From the NCBI GenBank assembly GCA_951406725.2, contig OX597821.1:25792001-25856000 (forward strand): a stretch of 64,000 nt of DNA, written 5' to 3'. The stretch comes from Octopus vulgaris (Eukaryota). Below, one piece after another: positions 63,883-64,000 of this stretch (within the stretch, counting starts at the first letter, position 1; each line of letters begins with the position of its first letter). Under the pieces are notes generated by a model. That model was given only the letters and a program-made list of their open reading frames with translations. It was not told where the DNA came from and ran no database searches. The position numbers and the translations under genes were made by a program.

Positions 63883-64000
63883 GCCTAGAATATTGAGTGA
63901 AACCTGGTAACCAGTTGATCTAGCAAGTGGGGCCTCATTGCAGTGAGTGGGGCCAGCGCACAATGATGCTATCAAGAGGTACGCCCCGAAATGGTACAAA

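Overview
AT-rich, repeat-dense animal genomic DNA. The SINE and microsatellite repertoire suggests a coleoid cephalopod such as Octopus (inference). Only one credible intact host CDS is present: an intronless, secreted or GPI-anchored alpha-carbonic-anhydrase-fold protein (37221-38102) that has lost key catalytic residues. Mobile DNA includes: a 5'-truncated but unbroken CR1/L2-group LINE ORF2; two decayed Penelope-like elements and hammerhead-like motifs; RTE and RLE-type (HERO-like) LINE relics; a mariner relic; hAT, piggyBac-like and Merlin-like MITEs; and several tRNA-derived SINE families. The most striking structure is two diverged ORF1-only (gag-like, CCHC) retroelements inserted head-to-tail at the same 20-bp site in the mariner 5' region. 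Their 3' end matches the tail of the commonest SINE here. Three different SINE tails can each be matched to a candidate partner retroelement within this window. All calls were made by eye; TE coordinates without TSDs are approximate.
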